Source: the human T2T-CHM13v2.0 reference genome, Homo sapiens. From it: DNA of 64,000 nt. Below, piece by piece: positions 14,486-30,109 of the stretch (its first letter is position 1; the number at the start of each line of letters is the position of its first letter). The notes below the pieces were generated by a model. The model was given only the letters and a program-made list of their open reading frames with translations. It had not been told where the DNA came from and searched no databases. Position numbers and translations under genes: made by a program. Location: the NCBI RefSeq assembly GCF_009914755.1, contig NC_060926.1; one strand, 5' to 3'.

Positions 14486-15169
14486 GTTAATGAAACAAAG
14501 AATTAAAAAATGAACAGCTCTTGGCCATCTTAAAGAAGAAGGGGGCCCAACGTGGCACTGAACAGACCCAGAGGAGAGTTGGTGGGCAGGAGGAAGGCCC
14601 TGGAACATCTCTATTAGGAGGCTGAAATCAAGTCACTGTGACTTCTTTTCCCCAATCATCAAACTGCCTATCCATAGCAAATCTGCAGAGTGTGACACTT
14701 TGAGCAGGAACAAATGACCTATCAGAGACCCAGCCCAGGGCTATGAGGACTGTCACTGTTCCACATGGCTGCTTGACTTACGCTGGGACCAGAAACAATT
14801 CACTACTTCTCCTTAAAAGAGCAATTTCCCCTCAGAGTGATGGATGGCCTGCCAGTCACCAACCACAAACCAACCCTATTTCTCACCCTTCACTGGGCTG
14901 TGCCACTCCACGGCTTTACGGTAAATTAATCAACATTTGAGAGCAGGTTGGGCAAAGATGCAGGGTGGGGAGTACAAATCTCCAAATTCAAAGAGACAAA
15001 GCCAATCAAATTATGTTTCCAGCCTCTGCCCCATCACCCAGGGCTAGCTGCTGTCCGATTAGGAAAGGCAGAGGCAGACAAGCCTCATATATTTGGGACT
15101 TGGCGTCACACATCTCCAGCTGGAGTTAGACTTTACATTGGTCCTTGAAGTTTCCTGTAAAGAAATAGT

Positions 15170-15900
15170 ATGGAAACCACAATAGGATGTATTCAACACC
15201 TTTCAGATTGGCTAAAATTAAGCCTGACAATACAAAAGTTGATGGAAATGTGGAATAATGAGAGCTCGTTGCTTGTGGACATGTAAACAGGGAAAGCACC
15301 ATGGAAGATGATTTGTGACTGTCCTGCGACTTGAACATATACGTGGTGTGTGGCCCACCCATCCTCTTTCTAGATACCAAATGGGAATCAGCAGGAATGT
15401 GTGAGTAGGATCACCACCACACATGCAGAAAATGCAGCGTTGCTCACAAAGACAGGAATCCCCCAAACATCCATCCACAGGAGGATGAATGAACAGAATA
15501 CTATATCAAATAGAGACAGATTTCACAAATGTAGTATCCAACTGAAAAAAACAGCCCAAAGGGAATGGGTACAAAATTATTCCATTTCAGATAAAACTCA
15601 AAAACCTGCAAAACTAAACATTATAACCTTTAGAGATACATTCCCATGTAATAAAACTATAAAACAACAAAAACTACCCCAAAAAGTAAAGGATTGATAA
15701 GTTCAATTTCAAGAGAGTGATTGCAATTGAGAAGGATGTACTCTGGAGACCTCAGAGTTACTGGTAATGTTCTATTGCTCAAGCTGCAGGGTGGATACAC
15801 AGGTGTTCACAGAGTTATTGTTACTGTTCAAATCACACATGCAGATATTACTATATATTTATTCATATGCTTGAAATATATTGTCTAATAAAAAATTAAG
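15170..15900 (+). mobile_element. Old L1 (L1ME-like) 3' fragment
   Basis: Degenerate L1 ORF2 end and 3' UTR motifs (ttggctaaaattaagcctgacaatac..., ctggtaatgttctatt). Confidence 0.6.
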
Positions 15901-16524
15901 GGGTGTGGATGAAATGGCAGAAGGCATGGTTAGCTTCTTCAGAGATGTTTCAGATGAGGTCAGAGCCCCTCAAAAAGTTACGCCATGTAAAAGCAGGCTG
16001 ATCCTCCACCCAGCAAAGGCCCAAGGACTGCCCTTGCACAGGATCATCCAGTCTGCTAGGGGGCGCTCCTCGGGAAGCCAAGAAATGCCTGAAGCTAAAG
16101 GAAAAGGGAAGGGACTGTCTTCCAGTGTCTGCTGCCTCTGACCCTCCTCCACTGAGCTAGGATTGTGGACTATGTGTCAGGCAGTTAATCCTACAGGTGA
16201 GGCTTCATCATACCCATTTTACAAATGAGGAAACAGGCTTACAGAGTTGATATTGCATGCCCAGGATTACACAACTACTAAAAAGCGTAGACCCTAACTC
16301 TAGCCTGTCTGATGGCAAAACTTGACCTGTTTTCCATACTCCAGGCTCCCTGCTGAGTGTCCGCATTCACCAACCCCCTGCCCCAGCTACCACAGAAATG
16401 CCTTTGGAGACACAAATGGACAAAAACACCCATTCCTCTCAGGCTGCTTCACATAAGCTCAAATTAAAAAGAAAAATTTTAATTCACCCAGCCCAGCTGC
16501 CAGGCCACTAGCATAGTTGGGCAG

Positions 16525-17925
16525 TGTATTCGTTTATTTTCATGCTGCTAATAAAGACTTATCCAAAACTGGAAACAAAAAGAGGATTAATTGGACTTAC
16601 AGTTCCACATGGCTGGGGAGGCCTCAGAATCATGGCGGGAGGTGAAAGGCACTTCTTACATGGTGGCGGCAAGAGAAAGATGAGGAAGAAGCAAAAGCGG
16701 AAACCCCTGATAAGCCCATGAGATCTCCTGAGACTTACTCACTATCATGAGAATAGCACAGAAAAAACCAGCCCCCATGATTCAATTACCTCTCTCTGGC
16801 TTCCTCCCAAAACATGTGGGAATTCTGGGAGATACAATTCAAGTTGAGATTTGGGTGGGGACCCAGCCAAACCATATCATTCCACCCCAGCACCTCCAAA
16901 TCTCATGTCCTCACATTTCAAAACCAATCATGCCTTCCCAACCATCCCCCAAAGTCTTAACTCATTTCAGCATTAACCCAAAAGTCCACAGTCCAAAGTC
17001 TCATCTGAGACAAGGCAAGTCCCTTCCACCTATGAGCCTATAAAATCAAAAGCAAGCTACTTACTTCTAGATACAATGGGGGGGTACAGGTAATGGGTAG
17101 ATATAGCCATTCTAAATGGGAGAAATTGGCCAAAACGAAGGCATTACAGGGCCCATGCAAGTTTGAAATCCAGCAGGGCAATCAAATTTTAAAGCTCCAA
17201 AATGATCTCCCTTGACTCCAGGTCTCACATCCAGGTCACTCTGATGCAAAAGGTGGGTTCCCATGATCTTGAACAGCTCCGACCCTGTGGCTTTGCAGGG
17301 GACAGCCTCCCTCCTGGCTGCTTTCACAGGCTGGCATTGAGTGTCTGCAGCTTTTTCAGGTGCAGAGTGCAAGCTGCCAGCAGATCTACATTCTGGGGTC
17401 TGGAGGATGGTGGCCCTCTTCTCACAGCTCCACTAGGCAGTGCCCAGTAGGAACTCTATGTCGGGGATCCAACCCCACATCTCCCTTTCACACTGACCTA
17501 GCAGAGTTTTTCCATGAGAATCCCATCCCTGCAGCAAACTTTTGCCTGGGCATCCAGGCATTTCCATACATCTTCTGGCATTTTCATACATCTGCTGAAA
17601 TCTAGATGGAGGATCCCAAACCTCAGTTCTTGACTTCTGTGCACCCGCAGGCTCAACACCACGTGGAAGCTGCCAAGGCGTAGGGCTTCCACTCTCTGAA
17701 GCTACAGCCCAAGCTTTACTTTGGCCCTTTTCAGCCATGGATGGAGTCACTGGGAGATGGGGCACCAAGTCCCTAGGATGCACACAACATGGGGACTCTG
17801 GGCCCAGCCCACAGAACCACTTTTTCCTTGTGGGCCTCCAGGCCTGTGATAGGAGGGGCTGCTGTGAAGGTCTCCGACATGGCCTGGAGACATTTTCCCT
17901 GTGGTCTTGGGGATTACCATTAGGC
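16525..17925 (-). mobile_element. THE1 (THE1C-like) LTR 16525-16879 plus truncated THE1 internal sequence
   Basis: LTR ends ...cagccaaaccatatca and is followed by characteristic THE1-int (aaaagtccacagtccaaagtctcatctgagacaaggcaag...). Confidence 0.85.
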
Positions 17926-20183
17926 AGTTTTAGACATGTTCAGTTTGAGATGTCTATGAGACATCCAAGAAGAGATGTGATGTATGCAGTTATTGAATCT
18001 AGAAAAAAATAGACTTCAAGAGAGAAGTCCGGACTGAATTACAAAATACTCTACAGATGCCATCTCAGAGTATTTTAAGTTCACGAAACTGAATGAACTC
18101 ACCCAGGAGGAAAGTATAAATAGGGCAGAGAAGAAAGGAGCGCTGGGATCATCTGGCATTAAGAGTTACGGAGAGAAAAGGAGGAAACAATATAAGACCA
18201 AGTTGATACAACAGCAATTCAACTGCTACACACATACATACATACACCTTGTAAAGTTCAACAACCTCGAGAGATAGATAACATAATCTAGAGTCTTTGC
18301 AAGATATTCACAATATCCATCATACAATTAAAAATACACTAGTTATTCAAAGAAGCATAAAAATGTATCTACAATTGAGAGGAAAAGCATGAATAATGTT
18401 GATCATCCAAATTTTGGAATTAGAAGACAACGACTTTTTTTAACTATTGTAAATATATTAAAGAGTTAAGAGGAAAAAAATGTATAGAATGGGTGAACGA
18501 ACATATGAAGGATTTCAAAGGAGGAATTTAAACTACAAAAAGGGAACCAAATCAAAACTCTAGAACTGAAAAACACAATACACAAATGAAAAATTTATTA
18601 GATGAGTTTAGCGTCAGACTTAACACAAAGAAACAAAATCAGTGGGTTTAAGGCATATTGACAGAAATTATCTAACTAAAACACAAACAGAGAATTTTTG
18701 TGTGTCCCATACATATGGAGCAATATCAAAGAAGGAGAGAGTGGGAGGGTAGAAGAAATACTTGAGGAGAAAATAACCAAAATTTTTCTGAAAATTGATG
18801 AAATATCTAAACCCAGACATCCCAAAGCAGTATAAATACAAAGACGACCACTCCTAACATGTCATAGGCAACGTGCTGAAAATAAAAACCAAAGAAAAAT
18901 CTTTAAGCTATCCAGAGCCAAAGGACACTTTATATCTAGAAAAACAACCACATTTCAAGCAGGAAAAAAAAAAGGAACCGAGAAGACAAGCATACAATCT
19001 CTAAGTGCCAAAAGGGGAAAAAAGCAAACTCGGAGTTCTATGTCAGGTGAAAAACACTTTAAAAAAATCAAAGCTAAAAAAAAAACATTTTCACGCAAAT
19101 ATAAAAAATGAGAAAATGTATTGCCAGCAGACAAGTACTACAAAAAAGTGTTAAAGGAAGTCCATCAGACTGAACAGAAAAGATGCCAGATGAAAACCCA
19201 GACATGCAGGAAGAAATAAAAAGCACCAGAAATGCTAAATATGACTGTAAATATAAAAGAATACTGTTTTTAATTAATTTCTAAAAATTATTGTCTGTTT
19301 ATAGTAAAAGTACTAAAAATATATAATAAATATATAGAATATATAATAGATGTAGAAGTAAAATATAAGGCAGTCATAGCCAAAAAGGCTGGAGGAAAGG
19401 AAAATTACTTTATACATTAAACAATATAATAACCTATGGTAGATTATGATATTTTTGCTTAAGGTAGCAAAAATAATACTGATAATACAGAAAAGCGTAA
19501 CTAAATAGTCAACAGAGAAAATAAGATGGAATTTTTTTTTTAATTTCTTTAAATGCTAGATTACTCCAAAAGAAGGCAGGAATAAAGGAACAAAAGAACA
19601 GACACAAATGATCAAATATAAAACAAATAGCAAGATGATAGCCTTAAATCCAACAATTTCAATAATTAAATGGAAATTAACTAAGCACTTAAAAGACAAA
19701 AATTGTCAAACCGGATTTTTTTAAAAACAATCTATAATTCTATGCTATTTACAAAAGACAGAGTTTAAATCTAGCCAACAATATAAGTCAAAAGAAAAGG
19801 TTAGAGAAATATACACTTTGTAGAAACTAATAACAAGAAAGCTTCTGTGACTAAAATAATAACAGCTATGGCAGACTTCAAGACATTGCCGGGGATTCAG
19901 AGGAATGTCTCACAACAATGAAAGGATTAATCAATCAGGAGCATATGACAGCCCTAATGTGGATGCGTCTGATGACAAGCCTTTAAAATATACGAAGCAA
20001 AATTTAACAGATTAAACAGGAGAAATAGACAAATTCACAGCTAGAATTGGCGATCTTAACACTCCATAATTGGTAGAAAAATCAGACTTTTAAAAATCAG
20101 TACAATAGCAATGAATGAAACAACAAAATTAACGAATTTGGCCCAATTGATGCATGTAGAACACAGAATGCACATTCCTTTTA

Positions 20184-20543
<360 letters not shown>

Positions 20544-21122
20544 TCACAGCTAGAGTTGGAGATCTTAACACTCCGTAATTGGCAGAAAAACAGATTTTTA
20601 AAAATCAGTACAATATCAATGAATGAAACAACAAAATTAACGAATTTGGCCCAGTCGATGCATGTGGAACACAGAATGCACACTCCTTTTAAATGCACAT
20701 GGAACATTAACCAAAATAACCCATATGCTGGTGCATAAAACATGCCTCAAAGGATTGAAATCTTACAAGGGAGGCTTTCATGCTCTCTGGAATTAAATTT
20801 AAAAAATAAACAAATAATTATTTTAAAAATTAACTAGGAAAAAAGTCCCTCCAAATATCAGGGCAGAGAAAAACTCAAAAGGAAATCATTCACTGTTCTT
20901 ATCTGAAAAACACAACAAATCAAAATGTGTAGAAAATAGCTGAAGCACTGCTTACCAGGAAATTTATAGTTTTAATTTTACATATAAGGAAACAAGAAAG
21001 TTTTAAGTCAGCAGATTAAGCTTCCACCTCAGAACCACGCAAAAGTAAAACAGAATAACTCTAAAGCAAAAAGAGAAATAAAGAAATAATGAATATTACA
21101 GAGTTTAAAAACATCACAGGAA

Positions 21123-21426
21123 GGCTGGGCAGGGTGGCTCACGCCTGTAATCCCAGCACTTTGGGAGGCCAAGACGGTTGGATCACTTGAGGTCAGGAGT
21201 TGAAGACCAGCCTGGCCAACATGGCAAAACCCCGTCTCTACTAAAAATACAAAAATTAGCTGGGCTTGGTGGCACATGCCTATAATCCCAACTATTCAGG
21301 AAGCTGAAGCAGCAGAATCACTTGAACTTGAGAGGCAGAGGTTGCAGTGAGCCCAGACTGCACCACTGCACTCCAGCCTGGGCAACAGAGCAAGACTCTG
21401 TCCCAAAAAAAAAAAAAAAAAAAAAA
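21123..21426 (+). mobile_element. Alu (AluS-type)
   Basis: Full dimer with poly(A). Confidence 0.95.
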
Positions 21427-22109
21427 GTCACTGAAATAGAAAATACACTAGCCATGAAGAAAATCAGCAAAGCAAAAAATCAATTATTTCAAAAGATTAA
21501 TAAAATAACAAGAATGATCCAGAAAACAAAAGAAAATAAGGTAGAAACTACCAATATCAAGAATGAAATGAAATTAGAAATGTTCTGCAGACATTAAAAG
21601 GATAATAATAAAATATTACGAAGAACTTTATGTCAAGAAATTTATTAACTTAGATGATGGAACAGTTCCTTTAAAAATGCAACTTCCCAAACCTGTCACA
21701 AGAAGAAGTAAGAATCTCAAGAACTTTCTATTTTTTAAATAGAAGCCATAAATTAAAATAGTCTCACTTTAAAAATTAACAAAAAACCCACACAAAGCAA
21801 ACAAGTCTCCAGACTCAGATGGCTTTATTAGTGAATTCTACCAAATATTGCAAAAAAAAAAACTTATACAAACTCTATCAGAGAACAAAAAAGGAAACAC
21901 TCTCAACTCATTTTATGAGACTAACAATCCTAATACAAAACTTTGACAATAGTAGTACAGTAAAAAAATTGCAGATTAATCTAAATAGAGATGCAAAAAA
22001 TCGTTAACAAAATATTAGCAAATTGAATCCAGAAACAGATGAAAAACAAATGTATGGGGTATATCATAGTAATGCAAGGTTTGCTCAACATTAAAAATTA
22101 ATAAATGTT

Positions 22110-22680
<571 letters not shown>

Positions 22681-22786
22681 AAAGTAATCAATATACTTCA
22701 ACATATTAACACAATAAATATGTAAAACCATGTGATAGTCTCAATAGATTAAGAGAAAGCATTTTATAAAACTTAGTAGTTATTCA

Positions 22787-23050
22787 GCCAGGCGCGGTGG
22801 CTCACGCCTGTAATCCCAGCACTTTGGGAGGCCGAGGCGGGCGGATCACGAGGTCAGGAGATCGAGACCGTCCTGTTTAACACGGTGAAACCCCGTCTCT
22901 ACTAAAAATAGACGGGCGTGGTGACGAGTGCCTGTAGTCCCAGCTACTTTGGAGGCTGAGGCAGGAGAATGGTGTGAACCTGGGAGGTGGAGCTTGCAGT
23001 GAGACGCGATAGAGTGAGACTCCATCTCAAAAAAAAAAAAAAAAAAAAAA
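22787..23050 (+). mobile_element. AluY-like with two internal deletions
   Basis: TSD aaaacttagtagttattca on both sides. Confidence 0.9.
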
Positions 23051-23467
23051 CTTAGTAGTTATTCATAAATAAAAATTCTCAGCAAGCAAAAGGTAGAAGA
23101 AAATTTCCTCAATCTGAAAAGAATTTCTATGAAAAATACATAGCTGACAACATATATAAGGATGAAATATTCAACATTTGCCCTCTAAGACTAGGAACTA
23201 GGTAAAGATATTCATTCCTATCAAGTTTATACAGTACAGTACTGAAGGTTTCAGTAGTCTTCTAAGGCAAGACAAAGAAGGATGTAAGGCCGTCTTTATT
23301 TGCAGATGACATGATTGTAGAAAAATCCAAAGAAACCTACACAATTCTAGAATAATTAGTGAATTTAACAAGATTGGAGAGTTAAAAGTCAAAATAAAAT
23401 AATCAGTATTATTTTTAAACACTAGCAACAAATGGAAAATGAATTTTTTATTAAAAAATATTATTTT

Positions 23468-24192
<725 letters not shown>

Positions 24193-25980
24193 AATTTCCA
24201 ATAGCATTCAAAAAAGTAAATATGTTGAAACAAATTTAACTAAAAAATGTGCAAGACCTCTACACAAAAAAAGTATATAACATTGCTAAAAGAAAGTAAA
24301 GACCTAAATAGATGGAAAGATATCCTATACTCAAGGATTGGAAGACTATTGTAACAGATGCCAATTCTATCCAAATTGATCTATAGATTCAATGAAATCA
24401 CCAGTCAAAACCCCAGCAGGATTTATTATAGAAACTGACAAGCTGATTCTAAAATTTATACAGAAATGCAAAGGACCTAGAATAGCCAAAGCAATCTAGA
24501 AAGAGAACAAAATTGGAGGACTTATGGTAGCTGATTTCAAAACTTGATATGAAGCAAAAATTATAAAGACTGTGGGCTGTTAGCTCAAGGATAGAAAAAG
24601 ACATCAAAGTAGCAGAAAATAAAGTCCAGAAATTGACCCACACCCGTATGGCCAAGTGATTTTTGGCAAAGACACAAAAACAGTGAGGAGAGAACAGTCT
24701 TTTTAACATACAGTGCTGAAATAACTGCAGAGCACATGGAAGAAATTAACTGGCTATCACCTTGCCCCATTCACACAACTTCATTCAAGATGGACCATAG
24801 CCTTAAATATCAAAGCTAAAACTAAAAATATTCTGGAAGGAAAAATAGGAGGATATTTTTACAATCGTAGGATTTATTAGACACGTCCTAAAAGCATAAG
24901 CCATAAAATTTAAAAAATGAATAAATTACACTTTATCAAAATTAAAATCTTTTGCTCATAAAAACACACTATTATTTTAAAAGGAGAAGGAAAGCTATAG
25001 ATTTGTCTGTGAAATAATTATTGAATCACATATATCAGACCAAAAAATTATATCCAAAATGTGTAAAGAACTCTTACAAGTCAATGAGAAACAGCCAGAC
25101 AACCCAATTATTGTAAAGGAGAAAAAGAAAACACACAAATGGCCAGGAAGTACATGAAAAGGTGCTCAACATCATCACCCGGGAAATGCAATGATGTCAT
25201 TCACACTGCACAAAGGGCTAGAATTAAAAATTTACAATACCAAGTGCTGATGAGGATGTGGAGCAATTGGAATTCTTATGTGTTAGTATCAGGAGAGTGA
25301 AAAGGCTTAAAACACTGTAGGAAGGTGATTAGCAACTTCTGTTGAAGTTAAACATACACCTACCCTACACAGGAATATAACCAAGGGACATTAAGGTGTA
25401 GGCCCACAAGAAAACTTACATAAAAATGTTCATAACAGCTTTATTCATAATAGCTCAGAGCTAGAAAAATATACATATATATATATATAAACAGGATAAT
25501 CAATAAACAAATTAAACAAATTGTAATAAATTTAAACAAGGGTGTCTCCAGAAAAACAGATAGGCTGAACCACTGATACTTGGGTGGATCAAATCCCAAA
25601 AACATTGTTTAAACAAAAGAAACCAGACACATTCTATAAATAGGAGGTTCGAGAGCAGGAAAAACTAATCTATTGTGATGGAAATCAAAACAATGACTGC
25701 CTTGGCTGAAAAGGATTGAAAGGTAGCTTTTTGGGAGGATGGAAATATTTCATATCTTGATTTGGGTTCATGGGAATACATATGCTGTTCATGGGAATAC
25801 ATATTTGTCAAAATTGTCAAACTGTATACTGAAATCTGTTTACTTTCCTCTATCTAAATTTGCCTCAATTTAAAAATAACAAACATTTTAAAGTGAGAAA
25901 ATGAGGGAAGGAGCTTTGGAGTCGGTGTACACTGTTTCAGGAAGTTTTGCTACAAATGGGAGCAGAGAAATGGTATAGTA

Positions 25981-26550
25981 TGTTAGATATAGTGAACTCC
26001 AAGTTTCTCTTCAAAGAATCAGTATTCAGTATGTTCGGCCCTCTTATTCTTTGGTTCTCCATTTTAAAGTTTAACTTCCTGGTTCTCTTCACCCCCTTGC
26101 CTCTAGTTTCAGTAAACAACTTTGCCGCCAGTTCTAATCAGTAGTTTACATCTGTTCCCTGGGTCACCTGCTCCGACCTGAGTCACTCCTGGTCACCTGC
26201 TCCATCCTAACTCATCCTGAGTCACCTGTTCTGTAAACGCCCTTCCCACCAAACTACTAACCCCACCACTCTGGCTCATACTCCTGCTCTCTTAAAAATA
26301 GGCAATCAGAATTAGCTTAGACTCTGCAGTCCAACCCTAGCCAATAGGGGAAAAACACAGCAGTAGGGGCTACCTGCATCAGGAATAAGAACCCTTTTCC
26401 CTCCCTTGTTTAGGTGTGTTCTTGCCATTGTTCCCTCCATGAGTTGCACCCTTCTATAGAAGTAAAAATTGCCTTGCTGAGAAAAGTAAATTTATGTTCA
26501 AGTGCTATTTCTTCTTTTCAGCACTGAGGAAGAAGCATTTGTTTCTAACA
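25981..26550 (+). mobile_element. ERV1 solo LTR, LTR10-like
   Basis: TGTTAGA...TCTAACA termini; tttctcttcaaagaatcagtat start; internal TGAGTCA subrepeats; AGTAAA-type signal. Confidence 0.75.
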
Positions 26551-26964
26551 GTAGCTGATAGGGCAATGTGAGGAAGACGTATTTGTTTATTTTTTAAGAC
26601 AAGAGAGATGACCGCACAGTTGAATGCTTATGGGAATGAGCCAGGAGAGGGGCAAGGACTGCTGGAGTGAATTCCTGGGGAAGACAGAGGATGTGAGCTC
26701 TAGACCCCCAGGAGTGGGGCTGAATTGAAGTTAGAACCCAGGTGGACCCTCTATGGCAAAGGGACAGGAGGGCAGAAGATGTGGGACAAGATGGTAACAG
26801 GTAGGGGATGATATGCTGGGATCTGTGGATGTAATCTCTTCTGATTGTTTCTCCTTTCGCAGTGAAGTGGGAAGCAAGGTTTTCAGATGAGTGTGAAGAT
26901 GAGGGAGGAGGTTGTGGAGGAAAGGATGGAAGAGTCCTGTAGGATCTGGGAGAGGGCTGGCCTG

Positions 26965-27283
26965 CAGTGGGAGTCCGCCAACCATGGCCCTCAGGCCAAA
27001 TCCTGCTGCTGCCTGATTTATATATGGCCCAGGAGCTAAGAAAGGATTTCACATTTTGTAATGGCTGAGAGAAAAAATCAAAAGAAGAATAATTTTTGGC
27101 ATGTGAAAATTATATGAAATCTAAATTTCAGTTTCCATACATAAAGCTTTATTGGAACATAGCCACACTTCTTCATTTCTGTAGTGCCCATGGCAGCAGT
27201 GTTGAGTGAGAGCAGCAGAGACGGGTGGCCCATAAAGCCTGAAATATTTACCACCTGGCCCTTTACAGCCCGTTTGCCAACCA
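26965..27283. mobile_element. MER58B-like hAT-Charlie element
   Basis: ggccaaatcctgctgctgcctg...ataaagcttttattggaacatagccacac...gcctgaaatatttaccacctggccctttacag. Confidence 0.75.
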
Positions 27284-27784
27284 ACATGATTGCTGGGCAG
27301 AATGAAGAGTTCACTTGGGGATTGTGGTCTTGAGTTTACAATGAAACACATCCACGTAGTTGTATGTTTTTGTTGTCTGTAATGTGGCGATAATTAGGTC
27401 ACAGTTTGGTTGCTGATTTAGTTAAATGAGATCATATATGTAGAGTTTCTAGCATAAATGAAGTATTTATTCAACATGAACCCCCCCCCCACCCCACCCA
27501 CCTATTACCACTATCTCCTCTTGAGGCTAAAATGCACTGAGGAGGTGAAGTGCAGAGATCACAGTGGGATTCTAGTCAGATGGGGGCTGTCTCCTGAACC
27601 GGTTTTTCCTCTTCCAAACTTCTCCTTTGTAAGGCTGGGCTACTTTTGCATCCCCTCAGGGTGACTGGTCAGCTTTGTTTGTACAACAACTACAACAACC
27701 CCAATTCAAAACTATTCTGATCTTGCCCCTTGCAGGACAGTTCTGTGGGTGGCCCTGGGTCAATCCATTCTCTCCCACTTTTTC

Positions 27785-28105
27785 ACTTGTAGTTCTCAAG
27801 AGTAACCGTAGAATGTGCTGGGAATGCAACGTCCTGAGTAAGGAGGAACAGCCCAGACCAGCCCCAGCTCTGTGCCAGTCTCTCCCGCAACAGGATGTCC
27901 TTCAGTGCTTTAGTCCAGAGTGTCATGGTGCCCTCGGGGTATAAAACCCAGGGCAGGTTGCTTTCCAGAGTCCTTCAGCTGTGGTGCAAGTGGGCATGTG
28001 CAGACATTTGCCCTGAGCAGCTTCCTGAGCCTTAGGGGACCTTTGTCATGAATCCTAGGCTTCTATTGCCCCTTGCTCCTTGTCTGTGAGGAATGAAGTT
28101 GTTTC
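27785..28105 (+). mobile_element. ERVL-type LTR fragment (subfamily uncertain)
   Basis: agaatgtgctgggaatgcaac...ggggtataaaacccagggcagg, with a TATA-like box. Confidence 0.4.
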
Positions 28106-30109
28106 ATGTACTGTGTGAGTGTTCCATCTCACCAGACTTGAGCAAGCAGTAGAAATTACAGCCAGAGTCAGTGGGCCGAAGTGGTAACCCATGCACAGTA
28201 AACCTGCTTTGCACGCCTAGTCCTCGCTGGCAGACAGAGCTGTGACCCAGCATCTGTGGGTTCGAGAACTTAGATTCAGGGACCAAACTGTGTAGGAGCA
28301 TTTAGGAGGAGCTTCCTCCACCCGGCCCCTCACCATCCTCACCATGAACATTCTCCCACCAATGCAGTTTCATAAAACAAACACAAGAGAGAGTTTGAAG
28401 GAGTGCTGGTGTCATTGTTACTTCCCATGAATGAGAATTGCCATTGCCTTTTTAAGACGTTTTAGAAATTTTAATCCAGTAGCAAAAAAAAAAATCACTA
28501 TTTTCTTAAATTTAATTAATTTACTAAACTCCTCATGGTTCGTTGGATTCAATCCTGTATCTGTGATCTTTCTGGGTCCATTACACTCATGGGATTCGAC
28601 TTCATCTCTTCGAACTCATAAAAATCTCATCAAAATGGAAATAAAATGTGATTTTGAACTTTCTAATGAAGGCGCCCGTCCTGGCTCCCGGGCACTCTGG
28701 AATTAACGTCCTCTCTCCCCCACCCTCTTTGTCGAGAACACTTTAGTTCTGTGCCGATGGGATGGGGAAAAGGATGTTGTTATGGTGAACACTCCCTGCC
28801 CATTCAGTCTTTCCAGCTCCTGCATCACACAGGAGGGACACTGAGAGGTATGCCGGTCCACAGAGCCACCTCCCGCCACGGCTGGCTCTTAGGATTCTAT
28901 GTCCCATGGAGATTTTTTATTTTTTAATGAAAGGAAGGAAAGGCACTGTCCCAAATAAGGAAAAGAGTAGAATCACTTTTAAGCAGGCTTCTGCACAGAT
29001 GTGAGGTGTGGCGGGCCGTGTCCCCAGGGTGGCCACACAGCCGGCCCTGCCTGTGCTCCCCGCGCACCTCCCGCCCTCCCTAGGCACCGGATGCTGGCTC
29101 ACCACCGGCCTCACAAGCTTAGGACAGCACTGAATAGAGGTGCCGTTGTCTCCATTTTCAAATGAGAAATTCAGAACCAAAGGAGGCATTTAGCAACCTG
29201 TCCACGCTCACACATCCAGCAAGGGACAGAGCAGGGCTGGTTACAGCACGATGAGGTCAACCCCAGGGATGATGAGCGGAGGCCAAGCGTCCTCTCCAGG
29301 CCAGGTCTGGGGCCACGTGCCGTCCAGGCATGACCTCTTTCAGTCTGCACAGCTGCTCGAATGGTGCCATGATTATCAGCCCCAGTTTACAGATGGGCGA
29401 ACAAAGTGGAGCAGTGAAGCCTCCCAAGACCACAGCCAGAAAGCAGCTGAGCAGTCACGGCGAGGACTGTGGACTCCCTGGCCTCAGAGCCCACGCCTTC
29501 TATCATCATCCCCACACCTGCTGGCTAGACACGTCCCCAGGACCGAAGTGCGAAATGGACCCTCTCCTCTTGGAATGTCCAGAAGAGACTGGTATTTTTC
29601 AAATTGGAATTTTACTTAATCTGAGTGCCTCCAAGGATATCCAAACTTCTAGCCCAGGAAGAGAGTCTGCTGGAATGTTCAGCTTTCCGGTCTGCGCTTC
29701 CAGACCTCGTCCCAGGACCGTGGGTCCTGCCTCAGTTCCCAGGTGTTGAGAGAGGAATGAAGGCCCTTCCAGCTGGTCCCCAGTGGCTCACGGCCCCCAT
29801 GGCTGTTCACAGAGCTATTCACAAGTGTGCCAGGTCTCCCCACGTGACTTGTTCTGAACAATAAAACATAAGGCAAAACAATGTGTGTCACTCCTGGGCA
29901 GAAGTGTTAAGAGAAAGTGCACAACTTATCACACTTCTTTCCATTCATCTCAGTGATGGAAGAACTCATGTGAGATGGGACCTTCATCAGCCTCGGTCCC
30001 TGAGTGACAGTAAGAGTGGAGCCCCTGCCAACCTTCTGTAAGGAGCACTAAGTTCTTTTGTAAAGCCACTGAGATAATTGGTTATTTATTAATACAGCAC
30101 AACCTGGCC

